64,000 nucleotides of DNA from Ruminococcus flavefaciens (GTDB taxonomy: Bacteria; Bacillota; Clostridia; Oscillospirales; Ruminococcaceae): the NCBI GenBank assembly GCA_023663905.1, contig JAMPGO010000001.1, positions 452,601-516,600 on the forward strand, in the 5' to 3' direction. The notes under the pieces are model-generated. The model had not been told where the DNA came from. It saw only the letters and a program-made list of their open reading frames with translations, and made no database searches. A program made the position numbers and the translations under genes. Within the stretch, counting starts at the first letter, position 1. The number at the start of each line of letters is the position of its first letter. Below are positions 1 through 8,224 of the stretch, piece by piece.

Positions 1-676
1 TTATTTTTAATTTTTTGCAGGCTATCAGATATTGTTCACGGCTGTTTGTATTCGCTAATGAAAGCATATTTGACGGTATAGAACCGCCATTATCTTTCCA
101 TGTATTCTGATGAATGATATGTCCTGACGGCACAATTATATCAAATGGCTGACGTTTTTCAGGGTGTTTTAACATCTGCTTGAATTTCTTCGAATACGGC
201 TGTAGAACTTTTGTTATATCAGCTTTAGGTCTTGAAGTCTTGCTGAGCCACCATATCGTGTTAACGCTGTCTTTCGCACGAATTTTCATACGGTTGACAT
301 ACGTAGTCGGCGATGGAAGTTTTGAAGGGTTATTCCAGTAGAACGGCTGACAAAGTTTAAGTCCGCATTCCTCGACAAGCATTATCAAAATTTTAAAATT
401 ATATATGCTATAAGATGGTTCATTATAGTTGTAGACCGCTCCGAAGTCCAACACAATAGAGCCACTTTTTTTTATTTTTGGAATGACAATATTTATAAAT
501 TCTTTTAACCAGCATACATATTCAGTCTGATTTTTATTTCCATATTCCTTAGGATGAACCAGTGCATACGGTGGACTTGATATAAGCAAATCAACAGATT
601 CGTTTTCAAGATTATTTATAAGTTCAAGAGAGTCACCGCAGTAAGCCTCACCATTTTTGGTTGTGTAGCACAGCAT
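1..676 (-). CDS. Site-specific DNA methyltransferase, beta-class N4-cytosine type (M.PvuII-like); 3' end off-window
   Basis: Manual translation from ATG 676 (RBS GAGGTG): MLCYTTKNGEAYCGDSLELINNLENESVDLLISSPPYALVHPKEYGN...FYWNNPSKLPSP...RAKDSVNTIWWLSK...DNGGSIPSNML. Has the SPPY motif IV and blocks matching M.PvuII (TSPPF, NPSKLPSP, VNTIWW, DNGGSIP). Not in the ORF track. Confidence 0.9.
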   Translation of the reverse strand, partial: MLCYTTKNGEAYCGDSLELINNLENESVDLLISSPPYALVHPKEYGNKNQTEYVCWLKEFINIVIPKIKKSGSIVLDFGAVYNYNEPSYSIYNFKILIMLVEECGLKLCQPFYWNNPSKLPSPTTYVNRMKIRAKDSVNTIWWLSKTSRPKADITKVLQPYSKKFKQMLKHPEKRQPFDIIVPSGHIIHQNTWKDNGGSIPSNMLSLANTNSREQYLIACKKLKI

Positions 677-826
677 GATTTTTTCTTCACCTCATAATTT
701 AATATAGCATATTTTCGGAGAATTTTCAAGTACTTGTATAAATAATTTTGTAATTAATTTTATTGTGTTTAGTATAGAAAATTAAACATAAAATGGTTAC
801 TTTTTTAGAACTAGTTGGAAAATGAC

Positions 827-1180
827 TACTACTTTAATTGCTACTTATGTATATATTAATTAAAAAATAAGAAAATTGACATTTTAATTTAAAGTTGTAC
901 TTTAAAAAAATTAGGTACTACTTTAATTACTACTTATGTTGTATATATAATATATACTACACTTGAAGAATGTGAGTACTTTGTAAAAAATGTAGATATC
1001 AATTGAGGTACTGTTTAAATCTACTACATACTGATTGAGACGGTGAAAACTGTATAAATAGCAATATATACTTTCAAAATAAGCAAGTATTTTAGCTAAA
1101 GAAGTATGTACTGTTTAAACAAGATATGTACTTCAAAAGTATCGAATGAACTTACAAAAGTAAATTAGTACTTAAAAAAA
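827..1180. repeat. Degenerate direct-repeat (iteron-like) tract in AT-rich intergenic DNA
   Basis: TACTACTTTAATT(G/A)CTACTTATGT at 827-850 and 916-939; GTACTGTTTAAA at 1008-1019 and 1108-1119; further GTACT cores near 897, 915, 976, 1128 and 1168. Confidence 0.6.
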
Positions 1181-1350
1181 AGCGGACAAACTTGTTAATG
1201 CTCATGAAGAATTTAATAAAAAATTACAGGGAAATGTTAGAATTTGTGGCTAAATCTATGATAGACATTATGAGGTTGATTGTCTATTAAGTCAAAAAAA
1301 GCACTCCACCTGTAGAATAATTTTTTGTTAATTTATCAAATATATTTATT

Positions 1351-1689
1351 AAAGGAGAAGGTATCATGTTTGAAGTAAAAATCAATTGCAAAAAGTTTAA
1401 GGCAGGCACATTCACAGAGGCAAAGGAAAAGTTTATCACTGAGGGTGCAAAAATGTCACGCTCAAAGAAATTCGTGGTTCAGGGCTTCATCTACGACAGT
1501 GCAGACAGAAAGCAGGCTGAAAAATACATCTCGTCATGGAGCAGTCTGGAATCAAGAAAAACATTCTATGATACATACATTGTCAGGGACAAGAAATTTT
1601 CGGCAGACGTTGATATATGCCGTTGCGATTGTCTGTTCTATGTCAACGCATATTACATGAGGGAATGATTTTCCTCACTGTGATATGTC
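1351..1689 (+). repeat. 339-bp direct repeat, copy 1 (copy 2 at 2506-2844)
   Basis: Near-identical from the RBS to 21 nt past the stop, offset 1155 bp. By-eye comparison finds 13 substitutions in the 303-nt ORF. Confidence 0.95.
1366..1668 (+). CDS. Hypothetical 100-aa protein, copy 1
   Basis: Strong RBS AAAGGAG; intact ORF conserved in the second copy; no recognisable domain. Confidence 0.75.
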   Translation: MFEVKINCKKFKAGTFTEAKEKFITEGAKMSRSKKFVVQGFIYDSADRKQAEKYISSWSSLESRKTFYDTYIVRDKKFSADVDICRCDCLFYVNAYYMRE

Positions 1690-2244
1690 CATAAAATATT
1701 ACTATAGCAATCATAAACAGAAATGCAGTTAAAAAAACATCAGGACTTTATTATTTCCATTTTTTCGGAAACGCTTTGAATCATAGTTAATTTTCGGAAA
1801 TGCTCATATTAAGTTAAAACAGTTTATTTATTAGACTCCGTATGATAAATATCTGAAGTACATATACCGTAAGGTCATATAAGTAAAATTCTATGGAATT
1901 TTAAAAAATATGATACATTGTGTTTTTTATAGGGGAGCAATGGGATAAAATCCACCTACAAAAAATTAGAAATAAAAAGTATGAAAAAAACCTTATGGGA
2001 GTTTGAGAATTGAAACAGCTTTATCATATTTTGAAATTGACATATGAAATTCAAAGGTTCGTTTATCTGAAAGAATTATGATATAAAAATTATGGTAATA
2101 TATTTTTTTATGGTGATCGTAATGAGATTGCAGTGAAAAATTCACAGCCAGTTCACGAAAAAATGCCACAGAAGCGTTCTAATAAAGTCAAGGAATTATA
2201 ACCTATGGCTTTCAAAAATAATTTATTAAGAAAGGAAGATTTTT

Positions 2245-2433
2245 ATGGCAAATTTATGTTACACAGCACAGGAGGTAGCCGAGATGCTTGGTATTTCCAA
2301 GAGCAAGGCATACATCATGATTAAGGAATTGAATAAAGAGATGAAAGAGAAGAACAATAAATATATTATTGTTTCCGGAAAGGTCAACAAAAAGTATTTG
2401 CAGGAAAGAATCTACGGTTATACCGATAAATGA
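2245..2433 (+). CDS. Excisionase-like helix-turn-helix protein
   Basis: YTAQEVAEMLGISKSKAYIMIKELN...SGKVNKKYLQER, typical of Firmicute ICE/IME Xis upstream of an integrase; RBS AAAGGAAG. Confidence 0.8.
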   Translation: MANLCYTAQEVAEMLGISKSKAYIMIKELNKEMKEKNNKYIIVSGKVNKKYLQERIYGYTDK

Positions 2434-2444
2434 GAAACTGTATA

Positions 2445-2528
2445 ATGCCTATTTACAAGGCTGTGGAACGTGGTGTATACTACGTTCCCTGTTATACAAG
2501 ATTACAAAGGAGAAAGTATTATGTTTGA
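2445..2528 (+). pseudogene. Degenerate 5' fragment of the integrase
   Basis: Reads MPIYKAVERGVYYVPCYTRL..., matching the integrase N-terminus MPVYKDKERGTYYVSCYTSL, then runs into repeat copy 2 and stops. Confidence 0.8.
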
Positions 2529-2823
2529 AGTAAAAATCAATTGCAAAAAGTTTAAGGCAGGCACATTCACAAAGGCAAAGGAAAAGTTTATCAATGAGGG
2601 TGCAAAAATGTCACGCTCAAATAAATTCGTGGTTCAGGGCTTCATCTACAACAGTGCAGACAGAAAGCAGGCTGAAAAATACATCTCGTCATGGAACAGT
2701 TTGGAATCAAGAAAAACATTCTATGATACATACATTGTCAGGGACAAGAAATTTTCGGCAGACGTTGATATATGCCGTTACGACTGCCTATTTTATGTCA
2801 ATGCATATTACGTGAGGGAATGA
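2521..2823 (+). CDS. Hypothetical 100-aa protein, copy 2
   Basis: Paralog of 1366-1668 with 7 amino-acid differences; true start at ATG 2521 with RBS AAAGGAG. Confidence 0.7.
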   Translation: MFEVKINCKKFKAGTFTKAKEKFINEGAKMSRSNKFVVQGFIYNSADRKQAEKYISSWNSLESRKTFYDTYIVRDKKFSADVDICRYDCLFYVNAYYVRE

Positions 2824-2859
2824 TTTTCCTCACTGTGATATGTCTGTGCAAAAAGCCTT

Positions 2860-2919
2860 ATTGCTGTTTCCAGAAAGGTCAGCAAGAAGTATTTGCAGAA
2901 AAAAATCTACAATTATACC
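2860..2919 (+). pseudogene. 3' remnant of a second xis copy
   Basis: Reads IAVSRKVSKKYLQKKIYNYT versus IIVSGKVNKKYLQERIYGYT in xis; no start codon in that frame (TGA at 2836). Confidence 0.75.
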
Positions 2920-2939
2920 AAGAAAGGAGAGGCTGTATC

Positions 2940-4010
2940 ATGCCTGTTTACAAGGATAAGGAACGTGGTACATACTACGTTTCCTGTTATACAAGTTTAC
3001 ACAAAAGAAAGACGAAAAGGGGGTTCAAAACAAAGAAAGCCGCTGTAGCGTGGGAAAAGGAGTTCATATTGAGCGACTGCAACGATCTGGATATGAGCTT
3101 TGCAAGTTTTGTTGAAGTATATCGTAAAGATATGCTCCGCAAAATCAGAGAACACACCTGGCAGACCAAAAATGCAATCATAAATTCTGTAATTCTTCCC
3201 TATTTTGGTGAAATGCCATTAGGCAAAATCAAGTCCACCGATATTATGAGATGGCAGAATCAAATGCTTGGATATCGTAACGAGAAAGGCGAGCCGTATT
3301 CAGCGGCTTATCTCAGAACGATAAACAGCCAGCTTTCGGCAATATTCAATCATGCCGTGAAATATTATGAGTTAAGCAGAAACCCTGTTACAAAGGCAGG
3401 CAGTATGGGAAAAAAGAGTACAAGAGAAATGGAGTTCTGGACAAAGGAAGAATATCAGAAATTCATTGAAGAAGTAATGGACAAACCAATCTCATTCTAT
3501 GCGTTTGAAATGCTCTATTGGTGTGGTTTACGCATGGGAGAGCTTCTTGCACTCACTCCAAAGGATTTTGATTTCAAGAATAAGACGGTCAGAATCAATA
3601 AATCCTATCAGCGTATCAAACAAAAAGACGTGATTACAGACCCGAAAACACCAAAAAGTGTAAGAACAATTGTAATACCTGAATTTCTTTCGGAAGAAAT
3701 GGAGGAGTGTATCAATTCTCTTTACGGCATTGAAGAGAATGACAGGATATTCCAGATTTCCAAGCATTATCTGCATAACGAAATGGACAGGGGCAGTAAG
3801 GCGGCAGGAGTCAAGCGGATACGCATACACGATTTGAGACATTCTCACGTGTCAATGCTTATCAATCAAGGCTTTTCCGCAGTGGATATTGCAAACAGAG
3901 TCGGACACGAAAGCATTGACATCACATTCAGATATGCACATATGTTCCCGACAACGCAAAAGGAAATTGCAAACAGACTTGAAAAAGAAAGGAATGAGGA
4001 CGATGAGTGA
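2940..4010 (+). CDS. int: Tyrosine recombinase/integrase
   Basis: Start ATG 2940 with RBS AAGGAGAGG. N-terminal arm-binding domain (KRGFKTKKAA) and catalytic R (GLRMGE), HxxR (HDLRHS), H (GHES), Y (RYAH). Confidence 0.95.
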   Translation: MPVYKDKERGTYYVSCYTSLHKRKTKRGFKTKKAAVAWEKEFILSDCNDLDMSFASFVEVYRKDMLRKIREHTWQTKNAIINSVILPYFGEMPLGKIKSTDIMRWQNQMLGYRNEKGEPYSAAYLRTINSQLSAIFNHAVKYYELSRNPVTKAGSMGKKSTREMEFWTKEEYQKFIEEVMDKPISFYAFEMLYWCGLRMGELLALTPKDFDFKNKTVRINKSYQRIKQKDVITDPKTPKSVRTIVIPEFLSEEMEECINSLYGIEENDRIFQISKHYLHNEMDRGSKAAGVKRIRIHDLRHSHVSMLINQGFSAVDIANRVGHESIDITFRYAHMFPTTQKEIANRLEKERNEDDE

Positions 4011-4320
4011 AAAGTTACTTGACGAAAAAGGCAGGCATAGGTGCGTGACGGTAGGTTTTAGAATGTCACCGGAGGAGAGCGAGGTGCTGAATCAATATGT
4101 TTATTTATCAGGGCTTACAAAACAGGACTACATTATTTCTTGTGTGCTGAAAAAGGAAATTGTTGTCAAGGGAAGCCCGAGAACATACAAGGCGTTGAAA
4201 AATACACTTTGTGACTTAATGAAGGTACTGAAAGAAAACGGCAGTTACACCGATGAACAGTGGGAAACACTTCAATTAGCCACAAAGATTTCAGAGGGCT
4301 TTAAAAACAATGAAGAATAG
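4003..4320 (+). CDS. Ribbon-helix-helix, MobC-like mobilization accessory protein
   Basis: RCVTVGFRMSPEESEVLNQYVYLSGLTKQDYI is an RHH pattern common downstream of Firmicute IME integrases; ATG 4003 overlaps the int stop. Confidence 0.65.
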   Translation: MSEKLLDEKGRHRCVTVGFRMSPEESEVLNQYVYLSGLTKQDYIISCVLKKEIVVKGSPRTYKALKNTLCDLMKVLKENGSYTDEQWETLQLATKISEGFKNNEE

Positions 4321-4378
4321 CCTGAAATTCTACATTGCAGTAATATAACTATAATAAAATGAATGGAGGTATACTCAC

Positions 4379-5074
4379 ATGAAAGACAAAGAAAACTGGC
4401 TGTCAAAATTCAAATTGGAAGAAGTAAGCACAGGACTTGAAGACATCGTCAATAAGCTGAACGGAAGTACGGTATGTTTACATACAAGTATGAAATATGG
4501 AATCCCGGATTCCCTAACGGTCTATCTGATTACACATTTTAATGACTTAGGAATAAAAAAGCTGATTATTACAGACTTTCCGATTCCTGAAGAACCGGAG
4601 GAGTGGACGGAACTGCTTGAAGGTCAGAGATACGTGATTGAAAAAGTTCCGTCAAACTTTTCAGAAAACCGTGACTGTCATTCTATTGCAATAGAACAGT
4701 TTCTCTCAAAGCACAGAGAACCATTCAGGGTTAGGGACAACAGTAACAAGATTGCTCATATCGAGACGATAAAAACAGCAGATGTTGTAATGGGATTTCC
4801 GAGTGCAGACATTCTTGAACCATATGTTAAAATGCTTGAAAAATACAACAAGTTCTATATTATCGGAGGTTATGTTACAGAAGATAATTTTAGTGATTAC
4901 CTTGAAGTCTTTAAAATGTGTAAGTTTGAAATCACAGCGGTAACCCCGATAGTGATTAAGGAGTTCTTGTGTGAATGTAACGGCTCTCTGATATGGATGG
5001 ACAACTTTGATAAGAAAGCGTCTTTAGCTTTTGACACAGACAACAGATATGAACACGAATTCGATGAAATATAA
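4379..5074 (+). CDS. Hypothetical protein; divergent EcoRI-family adenine methyltransferase homolog lacking catalytic motifs
   Basis: RBS GGAGGT. Blocks HFNDLGIKKLIITDF, IETIKTADVVMGFPSADILEPYVKMLEKYNKFYIIG and IWMDNFD parallel family blocks NF..LGLKKLI.T.Y, IELLK.ADIVVTNPPFSLFREYV..L..Y.KKFLIIG and WFTNLD. Confidence 0.6.
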   Translation: MKDKENWLSKFKLEEVSTGLEDIVNKLNGSTVCLHTSMKYGIPDSLTVYLITHFNDLGIKKLIITDFPIPEEPEEWTELLEGQRYVIEKVPSNFSENRDCHSIAIEQFLSKHREPFRVRDNSNKIAHIETIKTADVVMGFPSADILEPYVKMLEKYNKFYIIGGYVTEDNFSDYLEVFKMCKFEITAVTPIVIKEFLCECNGSLIWMDNFDKKASLAFDTDNRYEHEFDEI

Positions 5075-5121
5075 TATTTGTACAGTCTGAACGGAATGGA
5101 AAATCCGTTTTATATAGATAG

Positions 5122-5161
5122 CAAATCGCCATAGTACTATAAAATGTACTGTGGCGATTTG
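5122..5161 (+). terminator. Hairpin, likely terminator
   Basis: CAAATCGCCATAGTAC-8nt-GTACTGTGGCGATTTG followed by T-rich sequence, between convergent genes. Confidence 0.6.
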
Positions 5162-5214
5162 TTGTTTATGCTGTTTTACCTGCAAACTATTGGTTACTTA
5201 TTCACCGTAATTAT

Positions 5215-5235
5215 AGTATCACGAAACAGTATCAC
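5215..5235. repeat. Tandem AGTATCAC direct repeats, putative integrase arm-type sites
   Basis: AGTATCAC at 5215-5222 and 5228-5235, ~60 bp from the guaA stop where the att core is expected. Confidence 0.5.
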
Positions 5236-5291
5236 AAAGTGGCTTACAAGTAAAATTCGGCGATTTTACGCCCTTTCAAAAAGTGCTTTTT

Positions 5292-6842
5292 TTATTCCCA
5301 CTCCACAGTGCCGGGAGGTTTTGAAGTAATATCATAAACGACACGGTTAACGTGTTCGACCTCATTGCAGATACGGTTTGAGACACGTGCGAGAATATCG
5401 TAAGGGATTCTAGCCCAGTCAGCAGTCATAAAATCGTCGGTAGTGATAGCACGGATAGCAATAAGGTGGTCGTAAGTACGGTGGTCGCCCATAACTCCGA
5501 CGGTGCGGACATCGGGAAGAACGGCAAAGAACTGCTTCAGCTCGCTTTCGATACCGCTTTTGGCGATTTCATCACGAAAAACAGCGTCAGCCTCCTGCAA
5601 TACACTGATTTTGTCCTCAGTGATTTCGCCGAGAATACGCACGCCGAGACCCGGACCCGGGAACGGCTGTCTCCATACGAGTTCGTGCGGAATACCGAGC
5701 TTTTCGCCAACGGCACGTACTTCATCCTTGAACAGGTCTTTGAGAGGTTCAATAGTACCTGCGAATTTAATATCATCGGGCATTTTAACCATATTGTGGT
5801 GAGTTTTGATGACATCGGTTTTGCCGTGACCTGCTTCATTGCCCTTGCCTGATTCTATGCGGTCGGGGTAAATAGTACCCTGTGCAAAGAAGCCGTCCGT
5901 ACCCTGTTCACGGATTTTATCCCAGAAAACGTTGTAAAATTCAGTACCGATAATCCTGCGCTTTTCTTCGGGGTCGGTAACACCCTTGAGAGCGGTAAGG
6001 AATTTATCTTTGCAGTTTACACGGACAAAATTCATATCGAACAGCTTTGTGAAAGTATCCTCAACAAAATCGCCCTCGTCCTTACGCATAAGACCCTGGT
6101 CGACGAAAACGCAGGTTAGCTGTTTGCCGACTGCACGTGAAAGCAGACCTGCCGCAACAGAGGAATCAACTCCGCCCGAGAGACCGAGAATTACATTTTT
6201 ATTGCCAATCTGCTCACGGAGCTGTGCGACGGTGGAGTCAATAAAGTCGTCCATCTGCCAGTCGCCCGAGAAATTGCAGACTTCATAAAGGAAGTTTCTG
6301 AGAACGTTTTTTCCGTATTCGCTGTGGGTAACTTCGGGGTGGAACTGCACGGCATAGAGCTTTTTGGCAGGATTTTCAAAAGCTGCTGCGGGACAGTCGT
6401 CGGATTTCGCCGTGATTTTGAATCCCTCAGGAAGCTTGCTTACAAAATCGGTATGGCTCATCCATACAGTGCTTTTTTCGGGAACGCCTTCAAAAAGCAG
6501 ACCGCCTATCTGCGAAATCTCGATTTTGCCGTATTCGCTTTTAGCACAGCTCGATACCTCACCGCCGAGAGTATAAGCCATAAGCTGACAGCCATAGCAG
6601 ATACCGAGAACAGGTATGCCGAGTTCAAAAATATCTTTGGAAATATGCGGAGAAGTCTCCTCATAGACGCTGTTAGGACCGCCTGTGAAAATAATTCCCA
6701 TAGGGTTGAGAGCCTTAAGCTCTTCAATAGGTGTAGTATAGCTTTTGATTTCGCAGTACACACCGCATTCACGGACACGGCGAGCGATGAGCTGATTATA
6801 CTGTCCTCCGAAGTCAAGAACCACACAAAGCTGATTAGCCAT
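5292..6842 (-). CDS. guaA: GMP synthase (glutamine-hydrolysing)
   Basis: [39 protein letters not shown] motifs. Confidence 0.99.
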   Translation of the reverse strand: MANQLCVVLDFGGQYNQLIARRVRECGVYCEIKSYTTPIEELKALNPMGIIFTGGPNSVYEETSPHISKDIFELGIPVLGICYGCQLMAYTLGGEVSSCAKSEYGKIEISQIGGLLFEGVPEKSTVWMSHTDFVSKLPEGFKITAKSDDCPAAAFENPAKKLYAVQFHPEVTHSEYGKNVLRNFLYEVCNFSGDWQMDDFIDSTVAQLREQIGNKNVILGLSGGVDSSVAAGLLSRAVGKQLTCVFVDQGLMRKDEGDFVEDTFTKLFDMNFVRVNCKDKFLTALKGVTDPEEKRRIIGTEFYNVFWDKIREQGTDGFFAQGTIYPDRIESGKGNEAGHGKTDVIKTHHNMVKMPDDIKFAGTIEPLKDLFKDEVRAVGEKLGIPHELVWRQPFPGPGLGVRILGEITEDKISVLQEADAVFRDEIAKSGIESELKQFFAVLPDVRTVGVMGDHRTYDHLIAIRAITTDDFMTADWARIPYDILARVSNRICNEVEHVNRVVYDITSKPPGTVEWE

Positions 6843-6948
6843 AAAAACCTCCTTGATTTTACTTGATATATAATTATTATATCATTTTTTGCAGAAAATT
6901 TCAATAGAACAGGCGGAATTTTACGTTATAAATTACTAACAAAAATAG

Positions 6949-6977
6949 TTGACATTTTAATCGAAAAGTGGTATACT
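6949..6977 (+). promoter_or_regulatory. sigmaA promoter
   Basis: TTGACA-17bp-TATACT with extended TG. Confidence 0.75.
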
Positions 6978-7127
6978 ATATATAAGCGGGTTTCGGGATT
7001 TATTCCGCAGTCGGCTGTTATTATCAATAAGTTTTCGGGCGACAGGGATTTTCTCCTTGTTTTCGGTCAACAGTAAATAAACTGATTTTCTGTGCCCCAA
7101 TATATCTGCGGGCATTTTTCTATTTAT

Positions 7128-7961
7128 ATGGATAAAAATTTTAACTGCAAAACAAAATATCCGCTCTTCTTTATACACGGTATGGGCTTCCGTGACCGCA
7201 GAATTTTCGGCTACTGGGGAAGAATCCCGAAAACGCTGGAAAAATACGGCTCAACGGTTTTTTTCGGATTTCAGGACGCTAACGGCTCGATTGAAAGCAA
7301 CTGCGAAACGCTGAAAAAATCGCTGCTTGATTTTATTGCCGAAACAGGTGCGGAAAAAGTTAATATAATTGCGCATTCCAAGGGCGGTGTTGAAGCGAGA
7401 TACCTGATTTCAACTATGGGACTGGACAGATATATCGCCTCTGTCATAACGCTGAGTACACCGCACAACGGCTCGGTCAGTATGGATAAGATTATGAGGA
7501 TTCCGAAGATTCTGTTAAAGACAGGAAGCGGTATTTTCGATGTTTTTATGAAAATCGGCGGCGATAAAAATCCGCACACTTACCGTTGCCTTGAACAGCT
7601 CACCACTGAATTTATGGCTGATTTCAACAGGAAAAATCCCGACGATAAAAATATCTACTACAGAAGCTATGCGTTCAGGATGAAGAATCCGCTGAGCGAT
7701 ATTTTTATGGCGATACCGTTTACGGCTGTGCTGATTCTTGACGGTGGAAGCGACGGTATGCTTACTCCGCCGGAAGTTGCGTGGGGCAATTTCAAAGGCA
7801 TTTACACAGGCACGGGCAATCGTGGAATCTCTCATCCCGACGAAGTTGATTTGAGACGTATGAGATTCAGCCGTAAAAATCCTGCCGATAAATACGAAAT
7901 ATCGGATATGCCTGATTTTTATTTGCAGATTGTATCCGAGCTGAAAGGTATGGGATATTGA
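7128..7961 (+). CDS. Alpha/beta-hydrolase lipase/esterase
   Basis: PLFFIHG oxyanion block, IIAHSKGG nucleophile elbow, STPHNGS, DG and H; likely start ATG 7128, weak RBS. Confidence 0.85.
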   Translation: MDKNFNCKTKYPLFFIHGMGFRDRRIFGYWGRIPKTLEKYGSTVFFGFQDANGSIESNCETLKKSLLDFIAETGAEKVNIIAHSKGGVEARYLISTMGLDRYIASVITLSTPHNGSVSMDKIMRIPKILLKTGSGIFDVFMKIGGDKNPHTYRCLEQLTTEFMADFNRKNPDDKNIYYRSYAFRMKNPLSDIFMAIPFTAVLILDGGSDGMLTPPEVAWGNFKGIYTGTGNRGISHPDEVDLRRMRFSRKNPADKYEISDMPDFYLQIVSELKGMGY

Positions 7962-8210
7962 ATGGACGAAAAAAGAATAGCTGTTGTGGCTGTTGTTATT
8001 GACGACCCGTCTGCCGTGTCCGAAGTCAACAGCATACTGCACGACTACAACGAAATTATTATCGGACGTATGGGCATACCGTACAGGGAACGTGGAATAT
8101 CGCTTATTTCTGTGGCACTCGACGCATCGCCCGACAAAATAAGCAGTCTCACAGGAAAACTCGGGCATATCACGGGCGTTTCCGTCAAGACGGCTATATC
8201 TAAAAAATAA
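7962..8210 (+). CDS. TM1266-family iron-only hydrogenase system putative regulator (ACT-like)
   Basis: VNSILHDY..IIGRMGIPYRERGISLIS...LTGKLG; directly upstream of hydG as is typical. Confidence 0.85.
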   Translation: MDEKRIAVVAVVIDDPSAVSEVNSILHDYNEIIIGRMGIPYRERGISLISVALDASPDKISSLTGKLGHITGVSVKTAISKK

Positions 8211-8224
8211 CGGAGGTACTTATT

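Larger units (their letters stand above)
1..5291. mobile_element. Integrative element (IME/genomic island) end, integrated at the 3' end of guaA; continues off the left edge
   Basis: Contains a tyrosine integrase, xis-like HTH and RHH/MobC-like gene. Visibly more AT-rich than the flank and abuts the guaA stop codon, a known integration hotspot for tyrosine-integrase islands. The exact att core cannot be fixed without the other end. Confidence 0.85.

Noticed and set aside
827-1180. CRISPR array
   Set aside because: Repeats are degenerate with irregular spacing and only two copies of each long unit; no cas genes.
1366-2823. Diversity-generating retroelement TR/VR pair (copy 2 has several Asn codons where copy 1 differs)
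   Set aside because: Only 6 of 13 differences are at adenines of copy 2; most fit ordinary GC-to-AT drift. The whole gene with its RBS is duplicated, and there is no reverse transcriptase in the window.
2772-2939. N-terminal extension of the integrase in the ORF track (412 aa)
   Set aside because: It crosses the orphan gene end and the xis remnant; the RBS and family N-terminus indicate ATG 2940.
1294-5293. 12-bp inverted match AAAAAAAGCACT (1294) / AGTGCTTTTTTT (5282) as invertible-segment ends
   Set aside because: Mostly a homopolymer in AT-rich DNA; likely chance.
6843-6900. Purine riboswitch upstream of guaA
   Set aside because: The promoter lies just upstream of the RBS and no aptamer consensus is present.
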